Shown here: piece after piece, positions 36,998 to 46,579 of the stretch
Position numbering within the stretch: the stretch's first letter is position 1
Layout of the letters: each line of letters begins with the position of its first letter
Assembly (NCBI GenBank): GCA_022865485.1
Contig: JALHSZ010000025.1
Location: 2,865-66,864, forward strand
Length of the DNA stretch: 64,000 bases
Direction: 5' to 3'
DNA from: Dehalococcoidales bacterium
Lineage (GTDB): Bacteria > Chloroflexota > Dehalococcoidia > Dehalococcoidales > BS750m-G39
Notes under the pieces: generated by a model
What the model was told of the DNA's origin: nothing
The model's database searches: none
Seen by the model: only the letters and a program-made list of their open reading frames with translations
Made by a program: the position numbers and the translations under genes

Positions 36998-37873
36998 TTA
37001 TATTCCCGCCGCCTCCAGCACCAGAGGCACCTTCTTCTCCCAGCCGATAGCCATGATATGCACCCCCTGGCACATATCCTTCAGTTCCTTGATTAAATCA
37101 GCCGCTATTTCTATCCCCATCTTGGTTTTATCCTCGGCGGCAGTCATCTTTTCAATCAGCTCATCGGGCACAAAAACGCCCGAAACGTTCTTATTCATAA
37201 ACCTGGCCATACCCGCCGACTTCAAGGGAATTATTCCCGCCAAAATGGGGACACCGAACTTGCCCGCCCGCTTCATAAACTTGGCGAAGGCGTTGGGGTT
37301 GTATATAGCCTGCGTCTGGAAAAAGCGGGCGCCGACTTCGATTTTCTTCTCCATCTTTATCAGCTGCAGCTCGCGGGCGGCTTCGGTATCCGCCCCCGGA
37401 TTGACCACCGCCCCAGGGAAGAAACTGGGCTTTCCCTTGAGCTCGTTGCCCTGCATATCGTAGCCCTCGTTAAACTTCTTCATCACCCAGAGCAGGTGCA
37501 CCGAGTCTAGGTCGAAGACTGGCTTGGCTTCGGGGTGGTCGCCGAGCACAGGCAAATCGCCGGTGATGGAGAGGACGTTCTCGATGCCCAGCACCGCGGC
37601 GCTCAAGAGGTCGGATTGCAAAGCCAATCGGTTCCGGTCGCGGCAGGTCATCTGGAAGACAGGCTCAAGCCCCTTCATCTTTAGCAGGTGGCAGACTGCC
37701 AGCGAGCCCAATCTCATCACCGAACTTTGCTGGTCGGTAACGTTAGCCGCGTCCACCTTGCCCTTCAGCACCTCGACCGCCTCCATCAGTTCGGTGGTAT
37801 CGGTCCCCTTCAAGGGCCCGACTTCGGCGGTGATAACGAATTTCCCCTTCTCAAACAACGGCTGCAGGCTCAT
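36998..37873 (-). CDS. metF: Methylenetetrahydrofolate reductase
   Basis: Has the MTHFR TIM-barrel pattern: FVITAEV.P..G, NVTDQ, CRDRNR and FFQTQ. Confidence 0.85.
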   Translation of the reverse strand: MSLQPLFEKGKFVITAEVGPLKGTDTTELMEAVEVLKGKVDAANVTDQQSSVMRLGSLAVCHLLKMKGLEPVFQMTCRDRNRLALQSDLLSAAVLGIENVLSITGDLPVLGDHPEAKPVFDLDSVHLLWVMKKFNEGYDMQGNELKGKPSFFPGAVVNPGADTEAARELQLIKMEKKIEVGARFFQTQAIYNPNAFAKFMKRAGKFGVPILAGIIPLKSAGMARFMNKNVSGVFVPDELIEKMTAAEDKTKMGIEIAADLIKELKDMCQGVHIMAIGWEKKVPLVLEAAGI

Positions 37874-37965
37874 CTAGCTCTCCCCTTCCAATCGCTGAAA
37901 ATTTAGCTGAAAATGAACATCCTCTATTATACACGAATACGTCTTTTCGGTGTAGGGGTTTTACG

Positions 37966-38844
37966 CTATATCTCAAGCCAGGAATGGGAATAAAGGGCTT
38001 CGCCAGTAATCACCCTGACCGTCTTGGCGTACTTGGCTTCTTCCCCGCTTAAGGAGGAGAGGTCGACCTTCTCGCCGTCCATCACCCGGTGCACCACCTC
38101 GACGATTTTCGGTTTCTGGCCCCGGGCGATGCTTATCAGCTCGGTATCGAAGGCATCGACAATCGCCGAATAAAGCCCGTGCCTCATCAGCATTATCATG
38201 CAGGTTCGGTTCAGGTAGGGCCTGAGGTGGGTGGGCGTGCCGTTGGAGATATTGGAAAGCCCGACGGTTGATTTACAATCGGGGGCAATCTCCTTGAGCA
38301 TAGCCATAAACTCAAAGCAGGCTTTCAGCTGGTTTATCTCCACCGACACCGGTGTCAGGATGGGGTCTATCCAGATATCCTCGTTGGCGATGCCCGCCTC
38401 GTTGGCTTTATAGAGAATGTCAACGGCAAGCATAGCCCGCTCGTTAGCGTCGCGGGGCATCCCCTCCACCCCCCAGAGCAGCCCTATCATACAGGCGTTA
38501 TATTTAGTGACCAGGGGCAACTCCTTTTCCAATCTGTCGGGCTGAAGGGAGATGGAATTAATCAGCGCCTTGTTTTTAGCCACCTTCAACCCCGCCTCCA
38601 TAGCCACCGGGTTGGTGGTATCCAGCGACAGCAGCTTATCGGTAACCACCTGCGCCGTCTTGACCACCCATTCCATCATCTCATCCCCCGCCTTGCGGGC
38701 GGGCCCGATGTTGAGGTCGATGTAATCGACGCCGGCTTTGGTCTCGGCTTTAGCCATTTCCTGGACGGGCCCCGGATTTCTCTCTTTTAGCGCCGGGCCG
38801 ATGGTCTGCGACATTATATTCAGATTTTCGCCGATGAGGATCAT
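37966..38844 (-). CDS. acsE: Methyl-THF:corrinoid iron-sulfur protein methyltransferase
   Basis: Has a pterin-binding (DHPS-like) domain with MILIGENLN, DYIDLNIGP and GLSNISNG, and lies adjacent to acsC. Confidence 0.85.
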   Translation of the reverse strand: MILIGENLNIMSQTIGPALKERNPGPVQEMAKAETKAGVDYIDLNIGPARKAGDEMMEWVVKTAQVVTDKLLSLDTTNPVAMEAGLKVAKNKALINSISLQPDRLEKELPLVTKYNACMIGLLWGVEGMPRDANERAMLAVDILYKANEAGIANEDIWIDPILTPVSVEINQLKACFEFMAMLKEIAPDCKSTVGLSNISNGTPTHLRPYLNRTCMIMLMRHGLYSAIVDAFDTELISIARGQKPKIVEVVHRVMDGEKVDLSSLSGEEAKYAKTVRVITGEALYSHSWLEI

Positions 38845-38867
38845 TCTTTACCTCCTGAGCTAACTCC

Positions 38868-40211
38868 TCATGGTTTCCATGACTTAAGATAAGCCGGGAT
38901 GTTTGACCCCTCGCGGGGCCCCACCTGGACCTCCCAGCCGGGCAGTTCCTCTTCCAGCCCGCCGCTCTCGGCGGCGGCATAGCCCGGTATCACCAGCTTG
39001 TGGTGCTTGACCATATCGGCAATACCGCACTTCTTAACAAAGGGAGCGATAGCATCGGCGACGAATTTACCCGCCGCCCAGGCGGTCATCACCGAAAGTC
39101 CCTCGGTATCCTTGACCAGGAGATAGCTGGGAATCTTGCTCGTCTCCACTTCGCCGGAGACGATGAAATAGGTCAGGGAGAAGTTGGAGGTGATAAGCAC
39201 CGGTGAGTTCTCGTTGGGCTTGCCGATTTCGTAGATGCCCTCTTTAGTCGCCAGCGGCCGCTGCGGGTCGGTATAGACGTTCAGCCTTTCCACCAGCAAG
39301 GGGAAGAGGCTCTCTCCCTGGAAATCGGAGAGGACGATGATACTGCCGTATTTAGCCACGAACATGGCAGCGATTACCGCCTCCTTCATCGGGTTATCGG
39401 TCATCTCGGCGGGAAAAACGATGGTGGGAAAGCCCAGCGGGCGGAATTTCTTGGCCAGTGCTGCGCTCCTGATGATTATCTGGTCCTGGAACGCCCGGCG
39501 CAAAGCCCGCGAGCCCGAATCTATAATCAGCTCCTTGATGCCAGCCCCGGTCAGCCTGGTGGTCAGCTCGGCGAGCTTCTCCACGTTATCGGCTTTCACC
39601 GCCAGCGGGCAGGAATTATCCTTGGCTAAAGCCGCCATCTTGTCAAGGTTGGCTTCGGTAGCGGCGTAGAGTAAGGGCTTGCGGTCGGCGCAGACGGAAA
39701 GCCCCGCCGCCATAATATCGGCATTTTCGCTCATCAGGATTATGCCGCCGCCGCTCTTTTCCTTTACCTTGGCCACCACCGCCTTAAATCGGGCGGCGTC
39801 GCCCCCCGCCTTTACCGCCACCAGGTCGGGACGGAGCAGAAGCCCTATCCGTTCGTACTGAAGCTCGTTAAACCGCTTCAGCCTGGCGTCGATTTCGGCG
39901 TCGTCCATGCCATCGCTAATAAGGATAGCCAGCCCCGGTGGATTCTCGAACCTCTTTTCATGGCGGAACATGACCGTCTCGCCGCCGACTTTGAGCACCC
40001 TGTCGCCCACGCCGATAGTAACCGGTATGATGGGCGGGGCGGAGGCTTCCATCAGCTTGGCTTTGGATTCCTCGGACACATGGGGGCAGGCGCTTAAGCT
40101 CGCCTTGCCCGCGGCTAATTTCATGGCAAAGGCAAGGCAGGTCGGCTCCCCGCAATCCTTACAGTTGGTCTTGGGCAAAAGCTTAAATATCTCTATACCG
40201 GTAAGCGCCAT
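38868..40211 (-). CDS. acsC: Corrinoid iron-sulfur protein large subunit (CFeSP gamma)
   Basis: The N-terminus carries the 4Fe-4S motif CKDCGEPTCLAFAMKLA...CP. The protein is about 447 aa. Confidence 0.85.
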   Translation of the reverse strand: MALTGIEIFKLLPKTNCKDCGEPTCLAFAMKLAAGKASLSACPHVSEESKAKLMEASAPPIIPVTIGVGDRVLKVGGETVMFRHEKRFENPPGLAILISDGMDDAEIDARLKRFNELQYERIGLLLRPDLVAVKAGGDAARFKAVVAKVKEKSGGGIILMSENADIMAAGLSVCADRKPLLYAATEANLDKMAALAKDNSCPLAVKADNVEKLAELTTRLTGAGIKELIIDSGSRALRRAFQDQIIIRSAALAKKFRPLGFPTIVFPAEMTDNPMKEAVIAAMFVAKYGSIIVLSDFQGESLFPLLVERLNVYTDPQRPLATKEGIYEIGKPNENSPVLITSNFSLTYFIVSGEVETSKIPSYLLVKDTEGLSVMTAWAAGKFVADAIAPFVKKCGIADMVKHHKLVIPGYAAAESGGLEEELPGWEVQVGPREGSNIPAYLKSWKP

Positions 40212-40246
40212 CTCTTACACTCTCCTTTCCCAGCCTGTTGTCGTCT

Positions 40247-42454
40247 CTAACCCAGTATCGGGTCCATGGTCAGGGCGGGGTGTCCTTTCTCCTGCAGGAA
40301 AGGCAGAATCTCTTCCTCGGTCACGCCCACCGTCTCATCGGCAATCTTGTCGAGCAGGTCGGGCACGCCGAGCTCTTTTCCTCTTGCCTTTATCCGCTCG
40401 CCGATTTCCTCCTTGAGTATCTTGGGCATCCAGACCATCCTTAGCAAACCGCCCTCGGCGGCGATGAACTTCCTCTGGGTGGTGTTATATTTCCCGTGAC
40501 CCACGAATCCCGGTGTGCTCAAACCCCCGCCGATGGTGCCCGCCAGCGTGGTGAACTTCATGCCGCAGGGGGTTTCACCGGTATACTCGCGGTTGACCGT
40601 CATTATCCCGTTGCACATGGGCAGGACGGCGGCGATGGCTTCGCAGCAGCCGCAAGTGGTCATGGGGTCGTTGACTATGCTGTAGAAGTTATAGTGGTCT
40701 ATCTTACCCCGGGAGGCTTTGTAGACGAACGCGTTTACCCCCTTCCACTGCCCCATCTTGGCATCGATGGTCTCCCCTTTTTCTACGGGCTGGTTGGGGC
40801 CGGTGGGGTTAATCTCGAAAGAGGCTTTGCAGTCCATCCAGTTATAGGAGCCGCAAAGACCCGTCCTCTCCGGGCTGATGACGCAGACATGGCTCGGAGC
40901 AAAGGACTGGCAAAGGGTGCAGGAGTAATAGGTATCTATGGTCTCGTCGGTCATGCCCTCGATACGGACATCCCGCTTACCGTAAACCGCTCTCGCTTTC
41001 TCCTCCACCTCTTTTACTTTATCTTCCTCGGTATAAAGCTTCACCTGTATCTTATCGAAGATACGGCCGAAATCCTGGTGCAGCTTGGCGTGGAGGATAT
41101 CGCCGATGTGGTGCAGCTTAAAGCCCTTCTCCACCGCCTGCTTGGCGATTCGTATCCAGGCGATATCCCGCTGCCCGATATGCATCACCCCCTGGGCGTA
41201 ATTGATGAGGTGATGAATCTGGCGCTCCAGGATAGGCTCGAAGTCGTCCTGCATCTCCCTCCCCGCCACCTCCACGGCTATAGCCAGGGGCAGGCGGGAA
41301 CCGGGCTCGATATCGCTTAATTCAGGCCCGAACACCTCGACCTTGCCGTCTTCCACCTCTTCCATGCGCTTGGTGGTCACCCACTCCACCATCGCCGTCC
41401 GTCCGCCGCCGCACTCCAGGTAGATATCCTCCCCCCGCACCCTCTCCCCCTCGAAGGCGGGCCCGTAGGCTACCGGCACTGGCACTTCGGCCACGCTGAC
41501 CTTTAAGCCCCTCACCTCCACCGCCTTGGCCACCAGCTGGTCGTGGGGCACATTGGAAACGACATGCTCGTAGGTGCAAATGCCCGTAGGCAATATCTGG
41601 GGTATGGGGGTATCGGCGATGGTGGGGAATCCCCAGCTCACGGCGCCGGCGGCGTTGGCGTACCACTCGTCGGTGACATAGCCCATGGGCAAGACAAAGG
41701 CGAAGATTCGGTCCTTGTTATAGATGAGTATCTTGCGGTAGTTGCCGGGCTCGATGCCGCCGAAGGACATAGCCGCCCTGGTGGCGAAGCCCATGGCAAA
41801 GACGGCGGCGCTGATATCGGGCCCGAAGGAAACCAGTCGTGTCGGCCAGCCGATCTGTATCCCCTCCTCAACCAACTGCTCGGAAAACTTCTTCCCGTTA
41901 TACTCGGAAGCCATAAACACGTAGAGGTTCTTCTGCTGCAGCTCCTGGGCGATATTGGCCGCTATCTCATTGGTGGGAGCCGCGCCGACGATGGCGGCGA
42001 AACCAGGTGCGGTGCCGTCAACGAATTCGACCCCCCGCTTCCTCAGGATAACGTCATCGGCAGCGCCCAGCCAGATGTTGCCGTCGACGGGGTCTTCCGT
42101 CTTGGTGTAAAAATCGGGCGTCTCCAGGTACCTTATAGCTTCTATCAGCTCCTCGGCAAAGAAGGTGGCCATGCCGGCATCCAGGGCTGGCGCCAGATAG
42201 GGCAAGGGGTGCTCTTCCCTCACCGGTGGCGGCAGCAGGGTTTTACACCGTTTTAACACGGGCTCCATGTCGCCCAGCTTTTCCACCTTATTCCCTAGGA
42301 TGCCGTAGATTACCGGCAGGTAGTAGGCAGTATTGGGGAAGCCCACCGGTTCTTTAGCTCCCCACTTATCCATAGCCTCCTGCCATTTCTTCTCCGCCCG
42401 TTCCACAATCTTATAAGCCCCTCTGATGGCGGCTGATGCTATTATCTTAGACAT
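40247..42454 (-). CDS. acsB: Acetyl-CoA synthase (A-cluster subunit)
   Basis: 735 aa. Has the A-cluster region CTLCQSFAPSHVCVISPERTGLCG and CGCCE. Confidence 0.9.
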   Translation of the reverse strand: MSKIIASAAIRGAYKIVERAEKKWQEAMDKWGAKEPVGFPNTAYYLPVIYGILGNKVEKLGDMEPVLKRCKTLLPPPVREEHPLPYLAPALDAGMATFFAEELIEAIRYLETPDFYTKTEDPVDGNIWLGAADDVILRKRGVEFVDGTAPGFAAIVGAAPTNEIAANIAQELQQKNLYVFMASEYNGKKFSEQLVEEGIQIGWPTRLVSFGPDISAAVFAMGFATRAAMSFGGIEPGNYRKILIYNKDRIFAFVLPMGYVTDEWYANAAGAVSWGFPTIADTPIPQILPTGICTYEHVVSNVPHDQLVAKAVEVRGLKVSVAEVPVPVAYGPAFEGERVRGEDIYLECGGGRTAMVEWVTTKRMEEVEDGKVEVFGPELSDIEPGSRLPLAIAVEVAGREMQDDFEPILERQIHHLINYAQGVMHIGQRDIAWIRIAKQAVEKGFKLHHIGDILHAKLHQDFGRIFDKIQVKLYTEEDKVKEVEEKARAVYGKRDVRIEGMTDETIDTYYSCTLCQSFAPSHVCVISPERTGLCGSYNWMDCKASFEINPTGPNQPVEKGETIDAKMGQWKGVNAFVYKASRGKIDHYNFYSIVNDPMTTCGCCEAIAAVLPMCNGIMTVNREYTGETPCGMKFTTLAGTIGGGLSTPGFVGHGKYNTTQRKFIAAEGGLLRMVWMPKILKEEIGERIKARGKELGVPDLLDKIADETVGVTEEEILPFLQEKGHPALTMDPILG

Positions 42455-42486
42455 ACTCTAAAGCCCTCCCTTATCTTATGTGGTAG

Positions 42487-44457
42487 CTAAACCGCGTCCA
42501 GTTCCCTTCTCATATCCATATCGTAGAGCACCCGCTCTCTAGCCTTATCGATGCCCAGAGCCTTGCGCTTCTTATCGATGTGGGCAATCATGAGGTGAGC
42601 AGCTCTGATAGGGTCGGGCTCGAAAGCCCACATACCACCCAGCATCTCCTCCATATCCTTGAAGAGGTAGTCGGTCACCTCTTTGCTGCCCGTGGTGGGC
42701 CAGGTAACGCCGAATACGGTATAGACGCCCGAAGCGACGAAATACTGCCCGATGGATATTGCTTTCTCACTCATCCACTCCGGAGCCGCTCCGGCTACGG
42801 GCAGGTCGCTGATGTCGTCGCCCAACCCCCCGTCCTTGACCATGGCGGTGGCGGCTATCAGGATGCGGCTGTTATCCACGCAGGAACCCATGTGCAATAC
42901 GGGCGGTATGCCCACGGTCTCACAGACCTCGGCCAGACCTTTACCGGCAAACTTCTTGGCGGCTTCAGGCACCAGCAGCCCGGCTTCGGCACAGGCGATG
43001 GCGTTACAGCCCGTGGTAATCACCAGCACGTCGTTCTTTATCAGCTCCTTAACCATGGTGATGTGGGCTTCGTTGTGCTTGGTGCGGGCGTTATTGCAGC
43101 CGACGACACCGGCAACGCCCCTTATCCTGCCGTTGATGATGTTATCGTTCAGCGGGCGGTAGGAAGCCCGGAACATCCCGCCCAGCAGGTAGTTGATGGT
43201 CTCGTGGCTGAAACCGGCAATCTGGTCGGTTTTGTTGTCGGGGATATGGACGTTCCCCTTACGGTTGGGGAAATTCTCTATAGCCGTTTTCACAATTTCC
43301 CGCGCCGACTTCAGGGCATCGTGCTCGTCGAACTCGATATGTGTAGCCCCCGGTATCCTGGCTTTAGGCGAGGTGGTGATAATCTTGGTGTGGTAGCACT
43401 CGGCGACGGTCTGTACCGACTGCATAATGCACTGTACATCCACCACCATAGCTTCCACCGCCCCGGTCACTATAGCCAGCTCCTGCTGCAGGAAATTACC
43501 GGCAATGGGCACTCCGTGCCGCATCAGTATCTCGTTGGCGGTGCAGCACATCCCGGAAAGGTTTATCCCCTTCGCCCCCTTGGACTTGGCCAGCTCTATC
43601 ATCTCCGGCTCCTGAGCAGCGGCGACAATCATCTCGGAAAGCAGCGGCTCATGGCCGTGAATGATGATATTGACCTCGTCCTTTTCGAGCACCCCCAGAT
43701 TCGCCTGGCCCAGAATAGGGGCCGGAGTGCCGAAGAGAATATCCTGGAGCTCGGTAGCCATCAAGCTGCCACCCCACCCGTCGGCTAAAGCCGCCCTCAC
43801 CCCCTGCTTGAGCAGGCTCTTATAGTCCTGGTCGACACCGATGTGGGTTCGGTGCATTATTTCCACAATCTCGCGGTCTATGCCCCTCGGGGCGACCCCC
43901 AGCTTACGCCACAACTCCTGGCGCTTTAAGGGCGCTTTCCTCAGGGTTATCAACTCGCCTTCCTGCTTGCCGTACTCACCCAGGACTATCTGGCCGATAT
44001 CGGTGGCTATCTCGTTATTGGTGCGCTCGCCGATTTCAACGCCCAGGTCCAGGGCTACCTGCAACAGCTTCTGCTCGTCTTTTATCCCGTAACCCGGTGC
44101 CCCTCCCCGGGCAACCTCCAGGAAAAGTTCGGCAACCCCCCGCCCGTGGTCGGAGTGGGCGGCGGCCCCTCCGGCTATCATGCGGATGAAGTTGCGGGCA
44201 GCGATAGTCTCGGCGGTAGCTCCACAAACGCCCCGCCGTTTCTGTTTCTCCTCAGGGGTTTCCTCCTTCCCCTTGGGCAGCGGCACACGGCAGGGTCCCA
44301 TGCCGCAGTGCTTACAGCAACTGCCCACCGAACCTATAGGACACGGCTTCATTGCTTCAGCTCTGTCAAAGGCAGTGTTCACGCCGTCTTTAGCTGCCTT
44401 CTCTATCAGTTCAATAGTGCCTTGGTCAATGCTCTTGGTCTCTTGTTCTTCGGCCAT
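42487..44457 (-). CDS. acsA: Ni-dependent carbon monoxide dehydrogenase catalytic subunit
   Basis: Contains CCKHCGMGPCRV, GMCCTANE, GHEP and GSCVDN. Confidence 0.9.
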   Translation of the reverse strand: MAEEQETKSIDQGTIELIEKAAKDGVNTAFDRAEAMKPCPIGSVGSCCKHCGMGPCRVPLPKGKEETPEEKQKRRGVCGATAETIAARNFIRMIAGGAAAHSDHGRGVAELFLEVARGGAPGYGIKDEQKLLQVALDLGVEIGERTNNEIATDIGQIVLGEYGKQEGELITLRKAPLKRQELWRKLGVAPRGIDREIVEIMHRTHIGVDQDYKSLLKQGVRAALADGWGGSLMATELQDILFGTPAPILGQANLGVLEKDEVNIIIHGHEPLLSEMIVAAAQEPEMIELAKSKGAKGINLSGMCCTANEILMRHGVPIAGNFLQQELAIVTGAVEAMVVDVQCIMQSVQTVAECYHTKIITTSPKARIPGATHIEFDEHDALKSAREIVKTAIENFPNRKGNVHIPDNKTDQIAGFSHETINYLLGGMFRASYRPLNDNIINGRIRGVAGVVGCNNARTKHNEAHITMVKELIKNDVLVITTGCNAIACAEAGLLVPEAAKKFAGKGLAEVCETVGIPPVLHMGSCVDNSRILIAATAMVKDGGLGDDISDLPVAGAAPEWMSEKAISIGQYFVASGVYTVFGVTWPTTGSKEVTDYLFKDMEEMLGGMWAFEPDPIRAAHLMIAHIDKKRKALGIDKARERVLYDMDMRRELDAV

Positions 44458-44490
44458 TCTGCATTCCCCCCTTACTAACGACTGTTTATT

Positions 44491-45441
44491 CTAGTTGGCT
44501 GCGGTCAGTTCAGTTATCATCTCGCGCACCAGCTTTATAGCTTCGGGATGCCTCATCACCATGACATCCCCTCCCGCCAGCAGTAGCACCATGGTCGACA
44601 TCGCCTCCAGCAGTATTCCCCGCTTCTTGGCGTCCCCCAGCTTGGGGTCTTCGGCGGTGGGGATATGAACCTCTTTGGTCTTCCAGACCTCTTTGGATAC
44701 ATTACAGATAAGCGGAAACTGTAGCTTTTCGTCCTGCTGCGTCAGCCCCGCCATTCTCATTCTTTCCATAACCGAGTAGCAGTACTCGATGCCGTAACCG
44801 ATACAGCTCACGGTCGGGTCTACTATAATCAGGTCGTCGGATACGCCGAGGTTGCCCAGCAGGATATTCAGCTGCTTAGCCAGGTTGATGTCTATCGGTG
44901 TCGAGGAAATCACGGTATGGTGATAACCGATGGCGGCGGCGCCGATTTTCTTGTGGTCGCCTTCCTCCACCGGCCCGATAATCAGGTTTTTGCCCTGGCA
45001 GACCTCGGCTACCTGCCTCAGCACCTCGGTGTCTTTATCGTGATTAGCCGTCCCCCAGACGATTAAGGGAACGTCGATAGCGTCGGCGACCTTTTTGACC
45101 ACCGCCGTGGCTTCATCGGCGCTGCGGTTGAGCCCGTTGGGGTCGGTGCTAATCAGTTGCAGGCAAATCATCTCCGCCCCGTAATCGTCAATGCACTTCT
45201 TGGCCCAGGCAACCGGGTCGTCGGTCACCCCCTGGAAAGGCTCCAAGGCGGCGGGCGCCCAGTCCTGCGGAGGCATATCCCATACCTCCATGGCTATTCT
45301 GGGCGAGTGCGGCATCTCTCCCTCGAAGAGATAAAAGGGGTAACTGCTTTCCCCGCCGACGGTTACCGCTTTGCCGCCGCTGCCCAGCTTTATCTCCTTT
45401 ATCTTGCCACTATAGGCTGTCTTGGGGACTTCAAAAGCCAT
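44491..45441 (-). CDS. acsD: Corrinoid iron-sulfur protein small subunit (CFeSP delta)
   Basis: A TIM-barrel CdhD-like sequence of 316 aa, located between cooS and folD in the acs cluster. Confidence 0.75.
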   Translation of the reverse strand: MAFEVPKTAYSGKIKEIKLGSGGKAVTVGGESSYPFYLFEGEMPHSPRIAMEVWDMPPQDWAPAALEPFQGVTDDPVAWAKKCIDDYGAEMICLQLISTDPNGLNRSADEATAVVKKVADAIDVPLIVWGTANHDKDTEVLRQVAEVCQGKNLIIGPVEEGDHKKIGAAAIGYHHTVISSTPIDINLAKQLNILLGNLGVSDDLIIVDPTVSCIGYGIEYCYSVMERMRMAGLTQQDEKLQFPLICNVSKEVWKTKEVHIPTAEDPKLGDAKKRGILLEAMSTMVLLLAGGDVMVMRHPEAIKLVREMITELTAAN

Positions 45442-45457
45442 CGTTATCCCTCCTTAA

Positions 45458-45676
45458 TCAAGCGGGATTCTTCCGTTTCTCGCTGCCGAACCATTCCTGG
45501 CTATAGAAGTAGCGCTCGCCGCTCTGCAGATATTTAAGTCTCTCCTCACGGCTATCTAGCTTCTGCCGCCACTTCCCAGCATCCTCACCCTCCGGCTTAC
45601 CTTTTTCAAAGGTAGCCCCCAGCACCTCCACCTCGTCCCGACCCGGTGCCTTCTTCTTCTCAATCTTATATTCCAT
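45458..45676 (-). CDS. Small charged hypothetical protein (72 aa) embedded in the Wood-Ljungdahl operon
   Basis: AGGAGG lies 8 nt before the ATG. The ORF exactly fills the folD-acsD gap. I recognise no family. Confidence 0.45.
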   Translation of the reverse strand: MEYKIEKKKAPGRDEVEVLGATFEKGKPEGEDAGKWRQKLDSREERLKYLQSGERYFYSQEWFGSEKRKNPA

Positions 45677-45688
45677 CCTGGCTACCTC

Positions 45689-46576
45689 CTAAGTTAAGCC
45701 CGCGGCTTTTTTAGCCGCCCTGACGGTATTCATCATAAGCATGGTTATGGTCATCGGCCCCACCCCACCCGGAACCGGGGTAATGGCCTTAGCCTTTTCC
45801 TTAACCGTGTCAAAATCGACGTCACCGGCCAAGATTCTCTTGCCGTCGGCAGTCTTGCCGATTTCGTTAACGCCCACGTCGATGACCACCACCCCCTCTT
45901 TGACCATGTCGGCGGTGATATACTTGGGCTTGCCCGCGGCGACAATCAGTATGTCGGCACGCCTGGTATGAAAAGCCATGTCGCGGGTCTTGGTGTGGCA
46001 AATAGTGACGGTGGCGTTAGCCCCCGGTGCCTTCTGGAGCAGTATGTTGGCGATAGGCTTGCCCACGATGTTGCTTCGGCCGACAACGACCACTTCGGCG
46101 CCCTCAATCTGGGTGCCGGAGCGGATGAGCAGTTGCTGGATGCCCGCGGGCGTGCAGGGCATATAGTCGGGCTCGCCTATCATCAGCTTGCCCACATTGA
46201 CCGGGTGGAAGCCGTCAACATCCTTCCTGGGGTCGATGGTGAAGAGGACTTCCCCCTCGTTCAGGTGCTTGGGCAGGGGCAGCTGGACTAAGATGCCGTT
46301 AATCTTGGGGTCTTTGTTCAGCTTATCGATGAGGGCGATAAGCTCCTTCTGGGTGGTCTTCTCGGGGAGGTCGTATCTCTCCGAGTATATGCCCAGCTCT
46401 TTCGAGGTTTTCTCCTTAGCGCCCACATAGACCTGTGAAGCGGGGTCGGCACCGACCAGGACGGTGACCAGCCCGGGGACAAGGTTGTGCTTCGTCTTGA
46501 GCTCGGCAATCTCCTTTTTCAGCTCTTCGCGAATCTCCGCCGCAACCTCGGCGCCCTTAATAAGTTTTGCTGTCAT
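45689..46576 (-). CDS. folD: Bifunctional methylene-THF dehydrogenase / methenyl-THF cyclohydrolase
   Basis: Contains VGADPASQVYV, GILVQLPLP, PCTP, GRSNIVGKP and PGGVGPMT. Confidence 0.95.
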   Translation of the reverse strand: MTAKLIKGAEVAAEIREELKKEIAELKTKHNLVPGLVTVLVGADPASQVYVGAKEKTSKELGIYSERYDLPEKTTQKELIALIDKLNKDPKINGILVQLPLPKHLNEGEVLFTIDPRKDVDGFHPVNVGKLMIGEPDYMPCTPAGIQQLLIRSGTQIEGAEVVVVGRSNIVGKPIANILLQKAPGANATVTICHTKTRDMAFHTRRADILIVAAGKPKYITADMVKEGVVVIDVGVNEIGKTADGKRILAGDVDFDTVKEKAKAITPVPGGVGPMTITMLMMNTVRAAKKAAGLT

Positions 46577-46579
46577 TTT

